Shown here in pieces: positions 24,804 through 26,273 of a stretch of 26,273 nucleotides of DNA. The stretch lies in IMG/VR virus record IMGVR_UViG_3300035148_000226, positions 1 to 26,273 of that record; one strand, 5' to 3'. Numbering within the stretch: position 1 is the first letter of the stretch; every line of letters starts with the position of its first letter. Source of the stretch: a virus (lineage: Duplodnaviria; Caudoviricetes). A program made the translations under genes and the position numbers. The notes below the pieces were generated by a model. The model was not told the DNA's origin and ran no database searches. It saw only the letters and a list, made by a program, of their open reading frames with translations.

Positions 24804-25338
24804 AATGTTGTGTGTCTAAGATAAAAATTGGATAAGGTGGTTTTTTGCATACACCAATAAAAATAAAATGTTCAGCACCAGTAAGTGCCTTGTAAACTAT
24901 TGATTGGCGTAAATAACCAATCTTTAGTGCTTTACGTATAAAAGCCTTTTCACTTGTTTCAGAAGTTGTTTTAAGGTCATATACAGTATTGCGATTGTGA
25001 ATGTCTAATGTCCCACGCATTGAAACACCAAGTACTTCACCAAAGATAAGCTTCTCAATGATTGGCTTTCCTTTCATTGCTTTAATGTACACTGGGTGTT
25101 TTATTAAAGATGCAGTCATGTACTTTATTTGTAACTTTGATTCATCATCAATGTTATCGTAACGTGACTTACCTTCTAAAACATTAGAGTGAAATTCACC
25201 ACCAAAGATAAGATACTTTTCACCACCAAGAAAAGGTGGAATATTTGCTAAGTATCTTTTTACATCTCCTAATGAAGAGTTGTTTACAGGCAAAGTTATG
25301 TTTAACTTTTTCTGCATTTCAATTAGTACACTATGCAT
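24718..25338 (-). CDS. PD-(D/E)XK exonuclease-like protein (DUF3799/RecE-like)
   Basis: NNSSL, FGGEFHS.VLE, RGTLD, YDLKTT, GY.RQ..VY, FIFIGV.KKPPY; ATG at 25338 preferred over GTG at 25377. Confidence 0.8.
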   Translation of the reverse strand: MHSVLIEMQKKLNITLPVNNSSLGDVKRYLANIPPFLGGEKYLIFGGEFHSNVLEGKSRYDNIDDESKLQIKYMTASLIKHPVYIKAMKGKPIIEKLIFGEVLGVSMRGTLDIHNRNTVYDLKTTSETSEKAFIRKALKIGYLRQSIVYKALTGAEHFIFIGVCKKPPYPIFILDTQHYEKETKQQEKELKFLLEVVKTICNKESK

Positions 25339-25486
25339 TTGGCGGGTACAGTTGAGTGATGGTAAAAAAGTCTGCACGGATTACATGAAAATGAAACCCA
25401 TTAGGCATTAAAATAATCCAAGTGTTCTCATGTTGAAAACTTTTAGATACCTTAGTATCTTTGGACATGTAATTAATTTGTGTCAT
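25331..25486 (-). CDS. 51-aa hypothetical protein (below ORF-track cutoff)
   Basis: Hand translation MTQINYMSKDTKVSKSFQHENTWIILMPNGFHFHVIRADFFTITQLYPPNA; same AAAACACA-ATG start context as the SSB gene; 8-nt overlap with the next gene. Confidence 0.55.
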   Translation of the reverse strand: MTQINYMSKDTKVSKSFQHENTWIILMPNGFHFHVIRADFFTITQLYPPNA

Positions 25487-25528
25487 TGTGTTTTTTGAGT
25501 TTTAAGTGAAACGTTAAATGTAATTAGT

Positions 25529-25560
25529 AAAAAAGGTGTACTGCAATAAAGCAGCACACC
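25529..25560 (-). terminator. Rho-independent terminator after the SSB gene
   Basis: Minus-strand RNA GGUGUGCUGC-UUUAUU-GCAGUACACC-UUUUUU: a 10-bp stem with one G.U pair that forms only on this strand. Confidence 0.85.
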
Positions 25561-25597
25561 CTGTGAAAAAAACAACACTAACTAAAACAAAACAATA

Positions 25598-26236
25598 TTA
25601 CCTACGAGATTTCTTTGCCGGCTTTGCTGGCTTAGCAACCTTTTTAGAAGACTTTGATTTTGGCTCCTCATCTTCTTCTGATTGCTCTTCAAATACTCCT
25701 CCACATTCTTTGAACTCCTCTGTGTCAGAGATTTTTTCTTTAATGAAGTTTGGCAGCTTATCAAATGACTCTTGATCAAATTCACCTTCAACAAGGTAAA
25801 CAGAAAAAATATCATTTTCAGCTTTAGAAACCTTCTCACCTTTTTTAGGTGCCATGATTGAAGAAATGTTTGCATAAGTTTCTCCATCAACTTCATTGTG
25901 AGACACTTGTACTTGACATGGAGCATTCAACAATTCATCTAAATCGAACTCATCATTCTTTCCAAACTTCTTATTCAACCAAGAAGAAATGTCTCTGGTT
26001 AAAGAAGCTTTTTGTGCTAATGACATTGAGTAAGTACGATAAAGAACAAAGTTTTCTTCGCCTTTGTCTTCATTGAAAATCTCTGATTCGTCAACTAACT
26101 CAAATGCTAATTGCACTTTGTGTTTTGCTCCGAACTTACTTTCCTGTGTACCTAAGTCGATGACTTGGATGCAACGTGCAGCATGCACTCCTTTTGGAGC
26201 CAATTTGCGTTCTCTTTGACTTGACTTTACTTTCAT
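25598..26236 (-). CDS. Phage single-stranded DNA-binding protein (OB-fold-like)
   Basis: G.H.ARC.QVIDLGTQ, FEL, YS.SL..KA.L, FDL.ELL..PC.V.V.H, YANISSI pattern; acidic stretch near the C-terminus; replication context. Confidence 0.65.
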   Translation of the reverse strand: MKVKSSQRERKLAPKGVHAARCIQVIDLGTQESKFGAKHKVQLAFELVDESEIFNEDKGEENFVLYRTYSMSLAQKASLTRDISSWLNKKFGKNDEFDLDELLNAPCQVQVSHNEVDGETYANISSIMAPKKGEKVSKAENDIFSVYLVEGEFDQESFDKLPNFIKEKISDTEEFKECGGVFEEQSEEDEEPKSKSSKKVAKPAKPAKKSRR

Positions 26237-26273
26237 TGTGTTTTGATTTTAACGACTTTCGGCAAGGCGTTTC

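Noticed and set aside
25515-25522. TACATTTA as a promoter after the SSB terminator
   Set aside because: Only an imperfect match to TAnnTTTG in AT-rich DNA; plausible but not supportable.
189-25775. Numerous plus-strand ORFs (e.g. 4940-5203, 6812-7057, 7493-7861, 20859-21200)
   Set aside because: Antisense shadows of well-supported minus-strand genes, with low-complexity Ser/Phe-rich translations.
3840-25926. Alternative-frame minus ORFs 3840-4076, 6828-7010, 12449-12700 and 25582-25926
   Set aside because: Nested in real genes, with Leu/Lys-biased off-frame composition and no frameshift signal noticed, unlike 13426-13734.
1-26273. Stop-codon reassignment, introns/inteins, diversity-generating retroelement, integrase, tRNA
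   Set aside because: Genes tile the window intact under the standard code; terL and polA are uninterrupted; no reverse transcriptase, recombinase or cloverleaf was recognised by eye.

Overview
A 26 kb segment of a tailed dsDNA phage (siphovirus-like). All credible genes are on the minus strand. The host is probably Bacteroidota, inferred from A-rich translation starts without Shine-Dalgarno motifs, a TAnnTTTG promoter element, a BT4734/VirE-N-type primase and Bacteroidota-phage-like structural proteins. In transcription order (right to left): SSB, PD-(D/E)XK nuclease, then a run of overlapping DNA-modification and replication genes (DUF6378-like protein, T4-like DNA beta-glucosyltransferase, dCMP-type thymidylate-synthase homologue, family A polymerase, class I SAM methyltransferase). 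Next come a primase-helicase, an inverted 9-bp iteron array (candidate origin), an atypical C5-cytosine methyltransferase and TerS/TerL. The morphogenesis region is rearranged: tail chaperone with a -1 frameshift and pseudoknot, tail tip genes, tape measure, Clp-type protease/scaffold, capsid with a hydrophobic leader, tail tube, portal, connector. The best candidate for a new system is a compact cytosine-hypermodification pathway: hmC, then glycosyl-hmC, possibly O-methylated, alongside a C5-MTase-fold enzyme with an altered SAM pocket. All family assignments come from motif recognition by eye; no searches were run.
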